From NCBI GenBank assembly GCA_963727505.1, contig CAVSGP010000004.1:640001-704000 (forward strand): a DNA stretch of 64,000 nucleotides, given 5' to 3'. Position 1 is the first letter of the stretch; each line of letters starts with the position of its first letter. Source of the DNA: an uncultured Trueperaceae bacterium. GTDB taxonomy: Bacteria > Deinococcota > Deinococci > Deinococcales > Trueperaceae. The position numbers and the translations under genes are program-made. The notes beneath the pieces are model-generated. The model saw only the letters and a list, made by a program, of their open reading frames with translations, was not told the origin of the DNA and ran no database searches. Positions 54,971-64,000 of this stretch are shown here, piece by piece.

Positions 54971-55833
54971 GAGGGCGCGCCCTTCTGCAGCAGCAGCGCT
55001 CGGAGCCTGCGGTACAGCTCGCGGGCCTCCTCGGCGGACCTACCGTAGCCTCCGTGCTCGACGACCAGGGCCGCGGCCTCGCGGCCGAGGCCTTCGGAGC
55101 GCAGGCGGTCGACCAGGCGCTCGATCGCCTGCTGGCCCTCGCTGCGGGCGGTCCCGGCACCAGCACCGGCGTCTGCCGCCGCGCCCTGGTCGGGCTCACG
55201 GTCGACATGCACGCCATCGACTGACGCGGCATCGAAGGACGCGGCATCGAAGGACGCACCTTCGAAGGATCCCTCCTCGCCGGCGTCGCCCGCTTCGCTC
55301 ACCGCCGTCGTCGCTGCGGAGGGAACGTCGTCCAGCATGGGAACGTCCCACACGCCAGCCGCCTCGGCGCCTGCATCGAGCGTCGCGTCGGGACCGACCG
55401 CAGGTTCGATCTCAGGTTCGATCGCGGACCCGGCCTCGGGCAGGAACACGGGCTCGCCGGCCTCGAGATCGAAGTCGACCCAGGCCGCGCGTGTGGTAGC
55501 CGGACGCAGCCCGCACAGGCCGGCCGCTCGTCCCAGCGCCCACGCACTCACCCGCTCCATGGCAAGCTCTCCAGCGAACGAGCGCGCCACGGCGCTCTTG
55601 TGCACGCCGAGCAGCGCCAGCTCGCACACCACCGCGTCCGGCCCGAGCGGGAGGAACCGTACGGACCAGCCATCGATACCGAGTACAGAATCCATACGCT
55701 CCACCACCGCCGCCTCGCTCACCACCGGCTCGAGGCGCGCCGTACTGCCCTCTCGATCGAGCTGGGCGACGCACCAATCGAGGGCGTGGGAGGGGAACGG
55801 TGCCGCGAGTCGAGCCCATTCGTCGCGCCGCAT
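54967..55833 (-). CDS. Rad52/Rad22-like (DdrA-related) putative ssDNA-binding/annealing protein
   Basis: LAAPFP...W...VVERMDSVLGIDGWS..VVCELALLGVHKS..ALGRAA..G pattern; acidic linker; helical C-terminal GGYG motif. Confidence 0.65.
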   Translation of the reverse strand: MRRDEWARLAAPFPSHALDWCVAQLDREGSTARLEPVVSEAAVVERMDSVLGIDGWSVRFLPLGPDAVVCELALLGVHKSAVARSFAGELAMERVSAWALGRAAGLCGLRPATTRAAWVDFDLEAGEPVFLPEAGSAIEPEIEPAVGPDATLDAGAEAAGVWDVPMLDDVPSAATTAVSEAGDAGEEGSFEGASFDAASFDAASVDGVHVDREPDQGAAADAGAGAGTARSEGQQAIERLVDRLRSEGLGREAAALVVEHGGYGRSAEEARELYRRLRALLLQKGAPS

Positions 55834-55961
55834 CAGCGCAGTATACCAGCGCCATGGCCGCGCTCAGGATGAGGTTTTCCTCGTCCCGCAGGGCCCCGCT
55901 GCGCTCCGAACCCGTGCCGCCCACGTTCGCCGCCCGGTCGCACGTGCTGTAAGGTGGTGGC

Positions 55962-58715
55962 ATGCAGAAGCGCCTCTCTCGACGCGCATCCGACGTGCGG
56001 CCCCCCGTGCTCGCATCGGTGGGGGGACCCGCGAGTGGTCCGGCGGCAGCGCAGGTCGCGCCGACCCGGGTCACCTTCACCGAGGCCAACCCCCATCGCC
56101 GCACCGTAACCACCGCGGCCGCCGCGACCCCCCGGCTCGCCCTGGCACTCGGGGCCCTGCTTGCGCTGGCGGTCGCTCCCGCCTTCGCGCAAGGTTCGGG
56201 GGCCGCGGCCGCCCCGTTCCAGGGAAGCTTGATCCAGGGCACGCCTACACCGAACGCCCCCGGCCCGAGCACGCCCGCCCAGAACACCCCCACACAGAAC
56301 ACCCCACAGAACACCCCCACGGTCACGCTGAGCGGCAACGTGCTGCACTCCGGTGGGACCGTGACCCTGGACGGCAGCGGCCTCGAGGCCGACACCGCCT
56401 ACACGGTGACGGTGACCGCGCCCGACGGCTCCAGCGACCAGGCCACGGCGCGCTCGGACGGCTCGGGCACGCTGCACTTCGACCGGGTCCTGCAGAAGCC
56501 CGGGAGTTGGACGCTGCGGTTGAAAGGGCCGGGCATCGACGCCCCCCTGTCGGTCGAGGTGTCGCAGCAGCCCGACAGCGGATCGGGCTCCGGTACGCCG
56601 CCTGGGCCCGCTGTGCCCACACCGCAGGCGCCCACACCGCAGGCGCCCACACCGCAGGCGCCCACGCCCCAGACACCCACACCCGGTACGGGCGCCCTCG
56701 GCCTCGCCATCGAGCAGGGAACGCTGGTCGCCAGCCGCGGCGGCCAGGAGGTCTGGCATCTCGACTTCGCCGCCGACAGCGGTCGTACGGCGGGCGTGTT
56801 GCAGACGAACGGAAAGGTCTACCTCGGGCACGGCAACAGCGTGCTCGTGCTCGATCCCGCCAGCGGCCAGGTGCAACAGCGCTTCGCCGTCCCGGCGCAG
56901 GTCGCCTCCCTGAGCGCGACCGGCACAGGGGTCTCGGTGACGGTCACCTACCAGGCCGGCGCCCAGCAGGAGCTCGAGCTCGCGCCGGGCGGCGTGAGCG
57001 GAACCGTCCGCTTCGACTCCGACCCCGCCATGTTCGCGTGGCTTCACAACGAAGCGGTCGTCGCCGACCCTGCCGCACGCCTCGACCGGGACCCCACGAA
57101 CCCCTGGCTGTACGTGGAAGTGGCCCAGCAGGCGAGCGAAACGCAGGCCGCCACCGACTACCAGCGGGCCCTGGCGCACGCCACCACCTTCTACGAGCGG
57201 GCGCAGTTGGCGCGCGTGTTCTACCGTGCCGGCCAGGTCGATCTGGCGAAGCAGGCGATGGATGCGGCCCTGCGCGACTACGTCGATCGGGGTTACACCG
57301 CCGAGCTGCTGACCGATCCGCAGCTGCGCGACGCGTACGGCTTCGCGTTGCCCGAGCTCACCGGTGCCGTCGAGCGGGGCGACTTGCAGACCGCCTCGTT
57401 CTGGGCGCCGTGGGTCTACCGCCTGAGCACGCCGGCCGTGCCGGCGACTCAGGCTGCGCTCCTCGAGTACAGCCGCGCCCTCCGGGCCGATGGTCAACGC
57501 AGCGAGGCGTCCTTGTGGCGCGCACGCGCGCACGAGGGGAACGGCTTCCGCCTCGGGCGCGCCCTGCGCCGCGCAGCCCTCGACGTGGGACATGCGGGCT
57601 GGTACGGCGTGGCCGCGCTGCTCGTGGCGATGGTCTTCTTGCACTTCACTCTGATCGCCAAGTACTGGAAGCCCCAGAGCCTGGCGCTCAAGCAACGTAA
57701 GGAGGGCGGTCGCAGCGCCGGCCGGGTCCCACGACTGTTCGCCATCCGCTACTACAGCTTCACGGAGAAGCTGGTACTGGTGCTGATGTTCGCGGCCGTG
57801 CTGGCGCTGGCCAGCCTCGCCGGGTGGGCCAACCGCGGCGACCGCCTACCCGCGTCCTGGCGTACCGGCACGCTGGCCGGCGTTCCCGCGCGCGATGCCA
57901 TGGCGACCGACCTGCAATCGGGAACCGTAGCGGACTTCGTCCGCGGGTACGGCGCCCAGGTCGCCGGAGACCGCGGAGCGGCCGCCGATGCCTACCGCTC
58001 GGCAGGCGACTACGCCCCGGCACTGAACAACCTGGGTGCATTGCAGGGCAGCGATGCGCTCTACCAGCAGGCGCTGGACGTGGCCCGCGACCTTCCCGAG
58101 TCGCTCTACAACCTGGGCCGCGCCACCGATCCTTCGCACCTGCACGCCGCCTATGCCGCCGACGCGCCGCTGCTGGCCGTGCCCGGTGAAACGGTGCTGC
58201 GGTCGGCCGTCGCCGGCCGCTTCCAGGACGCGCTCGGCGCCGCTTTCACCAACCCCTGGGCGGAGCTGACGGGCTTCAACCCGCTGGCGGTCCCGCTGTG
58301 GCTGTGGGACGCGTTCGTGGTGTTGTTCCTCGCGTGGGCGGCCGTCACCGTGATCTACCTGCTGGTGCCGAGACCGCGGCTGGCGCGCAACGCACCGCGC
58401 ACCGGGATCTACCACCTGCTGGCTCTGCTCATCCCCGGGAGCGGCCTGAGCGATGAGCTATGGGGCGTGTTGCTGCTGGTCCCGTGGGCCATCTTCGGGA
58501 TCGACACGCTGCTCCACTACTTCGCGCTGGGCGCCCCTGCCGGCATCCCGCTCGCCACGGACTACACGGTGCTGGCCGTGCTCTACGCCCTCAACATCGC
58601 CTCCTTCGTGGTGGAGCTCACCTCCTACCGCCGCCGCATGGCGGCCTTGCGTCGGTCCCATCCGGAAACGGCCCGCGCTTACGGCATGCGCGTGCCCGAC
58701 TCGCCTTCGGAGTGA
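55962..58715 (+). CDS. Large envelope protein: signal/TM, Ig-like, Pro/Thr linkers, TPR-like, multiple TMs
   Basis: Signal-like LALGALLALAVAPAFA; QNTPT and PQAPT repeats; ALNNLG/LYNLG TPR-like; several hydrophobic helices; start uncertain. Confidence 0.65.
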   Translation: MQKRLSRRASDVRPPVLASVGGPASGPAAAQVAPTRVTFTEANPHRRTVTTAAAATPRLALALGALLALAVAPAFAQGSGAAAAPFQGSLIQGTPTPNAPGPSTPAQNTPTQNTPQNTPTVTLSGNVLHSGGTVTLDGSGLEADTAYTVTVTAPDGSSDQATARSDGSGTLHFDRVLQKPGSWTLRLKGPGIDAPLSVEVSQQPDSGSGSGTPPGPAVPTPQAPTPQAPTPQAPTPQTPTPGTGALGLAIEQGTLVASRGGQEVWHLDFAADSGRTAGVLQTNGKVYLGHGNSVLVLDPASGQVQQRFAVPAQVASLSATGTGVSVTVTYQAGAQQELELAPGGVSGTVRFDSDPAMFAWLHNEAVVADPAARLDRDPTNPWLYVEVAQQASETQAATDYQRALAHATTFYERAQLARVFYRAGQVDLAKQAMDAALRDYVDRGYTAELLTDPQLRDAYGFALPELTGAVERGDLQTASFWAPWVYRLSTPAVPATQAALLEYSRALRADGQRSEASLWRARAHEGNGFRLGRALRRAALDVGHAGWYGVAALLVAMVFLHFTLIAKYWKPQSLALKQRKEGGRSAGRVPRLFAIRYYSFTEKLVLVLMFAAVLALASLAGWANRGDRLPASWRTGTLAGVPARDAMATDLQSGTVADFVRGYGAQVAGDRGAAADAYRSAGDYAPALNNLGALQGSDALYQQALDVARDLPESLYNLGRATDPSHLHAAYAADAPLLAVPGETVLRSAVAGRFQDALGAAFTNPWAELTGFNPLAVPLWLWDAFVVLFLAWAAVTVIYLLVPRPRLARNAPRTGIYHLLALLIPGSGLSDELWGVLLLVPWAIFGIDTLLHYFALGAPAGIPLATDYTVLAVLYALNIASFVVELTSYRRRMAALRRSHPETARAYGMRVPDSPSE
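56616..56684 (+). repeat. 15-bp coding tandem repeat (PTPQA)
   Basis: CCCACACCGCAGGCG x3 perfect plus degenerate copies; a similar QNTPT repeat lies at 56280-56321. Confidence 0.85.
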
Positions 58716-58719
58716 GAGC

Positions 58720-59742
58720 CTGAGCGCCGACGGCCCTCAGCCGCCGTCCGACGACGCAGCGGGTGCCGCTACGGGCTACCTCCTGGTCCTCGTCGCGGCG
58801 GTGCTCTGGGGGTTGCTCGGGGTGTTCGCCAAGGGCATCCTCGCCGATGGTCTGGGTCCCCTGGAGATCTCGTTCTGGCGCGCCACGCTGGCGGGCGGAG
58901 CCTTCCTGATCCACGGTCTGGCGCGCGGTCGCGTGCGGCTTGCGCGGCGCGCCGACCTGCTGCCTTTCGTGGGCTTCGCGCTGGTGGGGGTGACGCTGTT
59001 CTACGCCTCGCTGAACCTCTCGATCGCGGCCGGCGGAGTGAGTCTGGCCGTCATCCTGATGTACAGCGCGCCCGCCTTCGTGGTGGTGCTCGCCGCGCTG
59101 CTGCTGAGTGAGCGCCTCTCGGCCACCAAGGCGACGCTGGTGGCGCTGGCCACGCTGGGCGTGGTGCTGGTCGCGCGCGGCGGTGGGGCGGGGATCGACG
59201 TCAACGCCCGCTCGGTCGGCTGGGGTCTGGCCGCGGGGCTCTCCTACGCCAGCTACTACATCTTCGGCAAGTGGGTGCTGCAACGCTACGCCCCGGTCAC
59301 CATCTACGCCCTGGTCCTCCCGCTCGGCGCGCTGGGGCTGCTGCCCCTGGTCCACTTCCACGCCAAGCGGCCGGAGACCTGGCTGCTCCTGCTGGCGCTC
59401 GCGCTGGTGAGCACCTATCTGGCCTACCTCGCCTACTACACCGGCTTGAAGCGGGTGGAAGCCTCGCGGGCGGTGTTGGTGGCGACGGTGGAGCCGGTCG
59501 TGGCGGCAACGCTGGCCGCGCTGCTGTTCGGCGAGCGCTTCGGCCCCTGGGGCTTGGTGGGTGCCGGTCTGATCCTGCTGTCGGCCCTGCTATCGGCGCT
59601 GCCCGCCCTGCGCCGCCGCCCGCTGGAGCGCCGCGCTCTGGCGACCCGCATGCGCGACCGGAGCCGGAACGCGACCGCCCGCGAGGACGAACCCCGCGGC
59701 GACGCCGACGCGCGCTCCTCTGACGGTACCGGTCCACCTTGA
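58720..59742 (+). CDS. EamA/DMT family transporter, probable CTG start
   Basis: AAVLWG, ILMYSAPAFVV, ATVEPVVA; two EamA repeats. Confidence 0.85.
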   Translation: MSADGPQPPSDDAAGAATGYLLVLVAAVLWGLLGVFAKGILADGLGPLEISFWRATLAGGAFLIHGLARGRVRLARRADLLPFVGFALVGVTLFYASLNLSIAAGGVSLAVILMYSAPAFVVVLAALLLSERLSATKATLVALATLGVVLVARGGGAGIDVNARSVGWGLAAGLSYASYYIFGKWVLQRYAPVTIYALVLPLGALGLLPLVHFHAKRPETWLLLLALALVSTYLAYLAYYTGLKRVEASRAVLVATVEPVVAATLAALLFGERFGPWGLVGAGLILLSALLSALPALRRRPLERRALATRMRDRSRNATAREDEPRGDADARSSDGTGPP

Positions 59743-59765
59743 CCGTCTCCGGGCGCGATGCTAGA

Positions 59766-59803
59766 GTTGCATCGTTATCGGTGGCGCTGCATAATGCTGC
59801 GCT
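59766..59803 (+). promoter_or_regulatory. argG promoter with tandem ARG-box-like sites
   Basis: TTGCAT-17 nt-CATAAT (59767-59795); TGCAT half-sites at 59768 and 59788 (20-bp period). Confidence 0.6.
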
Positions 59804-59934
59804 CCCGCGACGGAACCCAATGCGCACCGCCCCGACCCACCCCCGCGCCCGACGCTGAGCCGCTCCCCGGAGCGGACCCGACGCGTGGCGGCCCCTGGGG
59901 GTCGGGTCCGGGTCGTGTTTTGCAGGAGGCACGT

Positions 59935-61173
<1,239 letters not shown>

Positions 61174-61204
61174 TGCGGGTGACCGCCCAGCCGGCGGCGG
61201 GGTC

Positions 61205-61699
61205 ATGGTGAGCGCGGTGGCAACACTCCCCCTCGCCTCCGGCTCGGTGCCCGCCCCCGGCAAAGCGCGGCTACGCTGGGCGGGGCTGCGGGACCTGGAA
61301 GCGCTGTGTACGCTGTTCGGAGCCGCCCGGCCCGAGGAGGCGATCGACGAGACCGAGATGGCGGCGTGGCTCGAGCACGGCGGCGCGATCGTGCTGGAAG
61401 CGGAGGGACGGACGCTCGCGGCGCTGCGCTGGCGCGAGGAGGGTGCGGGCTGGCGCGTGGACCCGGTCGCCAGCCTCCCCGAGGAACGTGGCATGGGGTA
61501 CGGACGCTGGTTGATGACGAAGGTCGAAGCGTACGCCATCCGCTCCAACATCCCGACCCTCACGGTCGAGTTGCCCTCGAGCGAGGCGTTGCCGTACTAC
61601 CGCCGGATGGGCTACCGAAGGCCCGATCCGGAGGGCGAGCCCAGCACGCTGGTCAAGCGCGTCGGCGGGACCTGGCAGGTCCAGGAGGGCGAGCGTTGA
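61205..61699 (+). CDS. GNAT family N-acetyltransferase
   Basis: [13 protein letters not shown] acetyl-CoA motif, YYRRMGY. Confidence 0.8.
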   Translation: MVSAVATLPLASGSVPAPGKARLRWAGLRDLEALCTLFGAARPEEAIDETEMAAWLEHGGAIVLEAEGRTLAALRWREEGAGWRVDPVASLPEERGMGYGRWLMTKVEAYAIRSNIPTLTVELPSSEALPYYRRMGYRRPDPEGEPSTLVKRVGGTWQVQEGER

Positions 61700-63132
61700 G
61701 CAAGAACGAGGACCAGTCCCGTCCCGACGCCGCGGCAGGCGGCGTCGGGCGCATGTGGGGCGGCCGCTTCCGCGAACCGACCGATGACCTCGTGCAACGG
61801 GTGAACGCTTCGGTCGGCGTCGACCGCGCCCTGGCGGAGGAGGACATCGCGGGCTCGCTCGCGCACGCCGCCATGCTGGCACAGCAGGGCATCCTGGACG
61901 CGGTCGACGCCGACGCCATCCGTGGGGGCCTCGAGGCCATCGCCGAAGAGATCCGCGCCGGCACCTTCGTCTGGCGCGAGGACCTCGAGGACGTCCACAT
62001 GAACGTCGAGCGCGCGCTGACCGAGCGCATCGGACCGGCCGGCGGACGCCTGCACACCGCGCGCAGCCGCAACGACCAGGTCGCCACCGACTTCCGGCTC
62101 TACCTGCGCCGCCGCCAACGGGCCCTGGAGGCGCTGCTCCACGCCCTGCGCGCCGCCCTGGCGGACCTGGCCGAGCGCCACATCGACGTGATCATGCCCG
62201 GCTACACCCATCTGCAGGTGGCGCAGCCGGTCCGGCTGGCGCATCACCTGCTGGCCTACGCCGAGATGTTCGGCCGCGACCAGGGCCGCCTGCACGACGC
62301 CCGCGAGCGCATGAACGAGAGTCCGCTGGGTGCCGGTGCGCTGGCCGGCACCGGCTTCCCCATCGACCGCGAGCGCACGGCACGCGAGCTGGGCTTCGCC
62401 GCGCCCAGTCCGAACTCGCTCGACGCCGTCTCCGACCGCGACTTCGCGCTGGAGACGCTCTCGGCGCTGGCCGTCCTGATGATGCATCTGTCGCGCCTGA
62501 GCGAGGAGCTGATCCTGTGGTCGAGCCACGAGTTCGGCTTCGTGACGCTCCCGGACAGCCACACCACCGGCAGCTCGATCATGCCGCAGAAGAAGAATCC
62601 GGACGTCTGCGAGCTGGTGCGCGGCAAGACCGGGCGGGTCTACGGCGCGCTGATGGGACTGCTCACGGTGATGAAGGGGCTGCCGCTGGCCTACAACAAG
62701 GACATGCAAGAGGACAAGGAGGGCGTGATCGACGCCGCCGACACAGCCGAGGACGCGCTACGCCTATACCTCGACATGCTCCCGCGCGTCACGTTCCACG
62801 CCGAGCGCATGCGTGCCGCCGCGGCTCAGGCCTTCAGCAACGCCACCGATCTCGCGGACTACCTGGTGCGCAAGGGTCTTCCCTTCCGGGAAGCACACCA
62901 CGTGGTCGGTGAGCTGGTCCGCCAGGCGCTGGACGCCGGCGTCACGCTCGAGGCCTTGCCGCTCGAGACGCTGCAGGCTGCGAGCGCTCGCATCACTCCG
63001 GACGTGTACCCCGCCCTGGCGCTCGAGAACGTCGTGGACGCACGCCGGAGCTATGGAGGGACGGCGCGCACGGAAGTCGAACGTCAGATCGCGCGCCTGC
63101 GCCAGGCGCTGGGCGAGGAGCAGGGAGCGTGA
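61696..63132 (+). CDS. argH: Argininosuccinate lyase
   Basis: [41 protein letters not shown] overlap. Confidence 0.96.
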   Translation: MSKNEDQSRPDAAAGGVGRMWGGRFREPTDDLVQRVNASVGVDRALAEEDIAGSLAHAAMLAQQGILDAVDADAIRGGLEAIAEEIRAGTFVWREDLEDVHMNVERALTERIGPAGGRLHTARSRNDQVATDFRLYLRRRQRALEALLHALRAALADLAERHIDVIMPGYTHLQVAQPVRLAHHLLAYAEMFGRDQGRLHDARERMNESPLGAGALAGTGFPIDRERTARELGFAAPSPNSLDAVSDRDFALETLSALAVLMMHLSRLSEELILWSSHEFGFVTLPDSHTTGSSIMPQKKNPDVCELVRGKTGRVYGALMGLLTVMKGLPLAYNKDMQEDKEGVIDAADTAEDALRLYLDMLPRVTFHAERMRAAAAQAFSNATDLADYLVRKGLPFREAHHVVGELVRQALDAGVTLEALPLETLQAASARITPDVYPALALENVVDARRSYGGTARTEVERQIARLRQALGEEQGA

Positions 63133-63704
63133 GCGTGAAGCCACACGCCGACCAGGTGGAGCCCACCGCCCTGACGGTACGCCACGCCACCTCCGAGGAC
63201 GTGCCGCTCATCTTCGAGAACATCCGCCACTGGGCGGGCGAGGGCCGCATGCTGGTTCGCCCCATGCAGAACATCTTCGAGAACCTGCGCGACTTCTTCG
63301 TGGCCGAGATCGACGAGGGCGATGGGCCGACGTTCGCCGGCAACGGGGCCATCCACATCCTGTGGGGCGACATCGCGGAGGTCCGTGGCCTCGCCGTGGC
63401 GCCCGGAGTGCGCTCACGCGGCGTCGGTCGGCGCCTGGTCGAGGCGTGCGAGGCGGAGGCCCGGCGTGTGGGCATCCCGGTGCTGTTCGCCTGGACCTAC
63501 GAGGTGCGCTTCTTCGAGCGCTGCGGTTTCGACCTCATCGACAAGAGTCGCGACCTGCACCCCCGGGTCTGGTCGGAGTGCCTGCGCTGTCCGCTCTTCG
63601 AGGGATGCGACGAGAACGGTGTGCTCAAGCGGCTCGACGGCGTGCCGATGCCGCGCAATCTGCCCGAGCCGCCGCCGGCGAACGTGCCCCCCGGCATTCG
63701 CTGA
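63129..63704 (+). CDS. argA: Short-form N-acetylglutamate synthase (GNAT)
   Basis: [37 protein letters not shown]; downstream of argH. Confidence 0.75.
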   Translation: MSVKPHADQVEPTALTVRHATSEDVPLIFENIRHWAGEGRMLVRPMQNIFENLRDFFVAEIDEGDGPTFAGNGAIHILWGDIAEVRGLAVAPGVRSRGVGRRLVEACEAEARRVGIPVLFAWTYEVRFFERCGFDLIDKSRDLHPRVWSECLRCPLFEGCDENGVLKRLDGVPMPRNLPEPPPANVPPGIR

Positions 63705-63782
63705 CGCCGCCGGCGCAGCCCAACGCCAAACGGGCACACGCCAACGGCGCGCCCGGACCGCTGCAGACCGTACAATCCCGAC

Positions 63783-64000
63783 GTGAGACGTGAACGGCAC
63801 GTGGCCCTCATCCACACCGGCGGGACGCTCGGCATGCGTCGGGGCCCGCGCGGCTTCGAGCCCGCGCCGGGTCACCTCGCAGCGCTGCTGGCGCGCATGC
63901 CGGAGTTGGACGACCCCGGACTCCCGAGCTTCGAGCTCGTCGAGTTCGAGCCGCTCCTCGATTCCGCCGATATGGAGCCGAAGGACTGGGAGCGCATCGC
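63783..64000 (+). CDS. ansA: Type I L-asparaginase (3'-truncated)
   Basis: LIHTGGTLGM...EFEPLLDSADM..DW; TACAAT -10 lies 6 nt before GTG. Confidence 0.8.
   Translation, partial: MRRERHVALIHTGGTLGMRRGPRGFEPAPGHLAALLARMPELDDPGLPSFELVEFEPLLDSADMEPKDWERI

Overview
High-GC bacterial chromosomal core region. It is most consistent with Deinococcota (Truepera-like), judging from the GGVG-insert L28, long N-terminal HflX, PEGA/DUF4384 envelope protein, Rad52/DdrA-like gene, bacillithiol genes and pervasive leaderless promoters. About 62 CDSs are supported, mostly housekeeping: ypdA, trmL, DHH-CBS tRNA nucleotidyltransferase, beta-oxidation genes, hflX, UbiD-family decarboxylase, znuCB-like, rpmB, pyrE, methylmalonyl-CoA mutase, nnr, thrB, tsaD, bshA, fumC, purBCS, gyrA, ftsE, argG/argH/argA and a partial ansA. 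No rRNA, tRNA, CRISPR, IS or prophage was seen. The most notable observations are: (1) an hflX 5' region with a leaderless 15-codon uORF, mutually exclusive hairpins and an ATC start; (2) a translationally coupled operon of three roadblock/LC7 genes plus DUF3467 with no GTPase, next to a PP2C/membrane kinase-NHL pair and a catalytically dead site-2 protease; (3) a 62-bp duplication that creates a coupled mini-ORF; (4) a Rad52/Rad22-like gene coupled to a metallophosphoesterase; (5) an Arg-rich uORF and ARG boxes before argG; (6) a Zur-like operator before znuC; (7) probable CTG starts. All family calls come from reading motifs by eye; no database searches were run.
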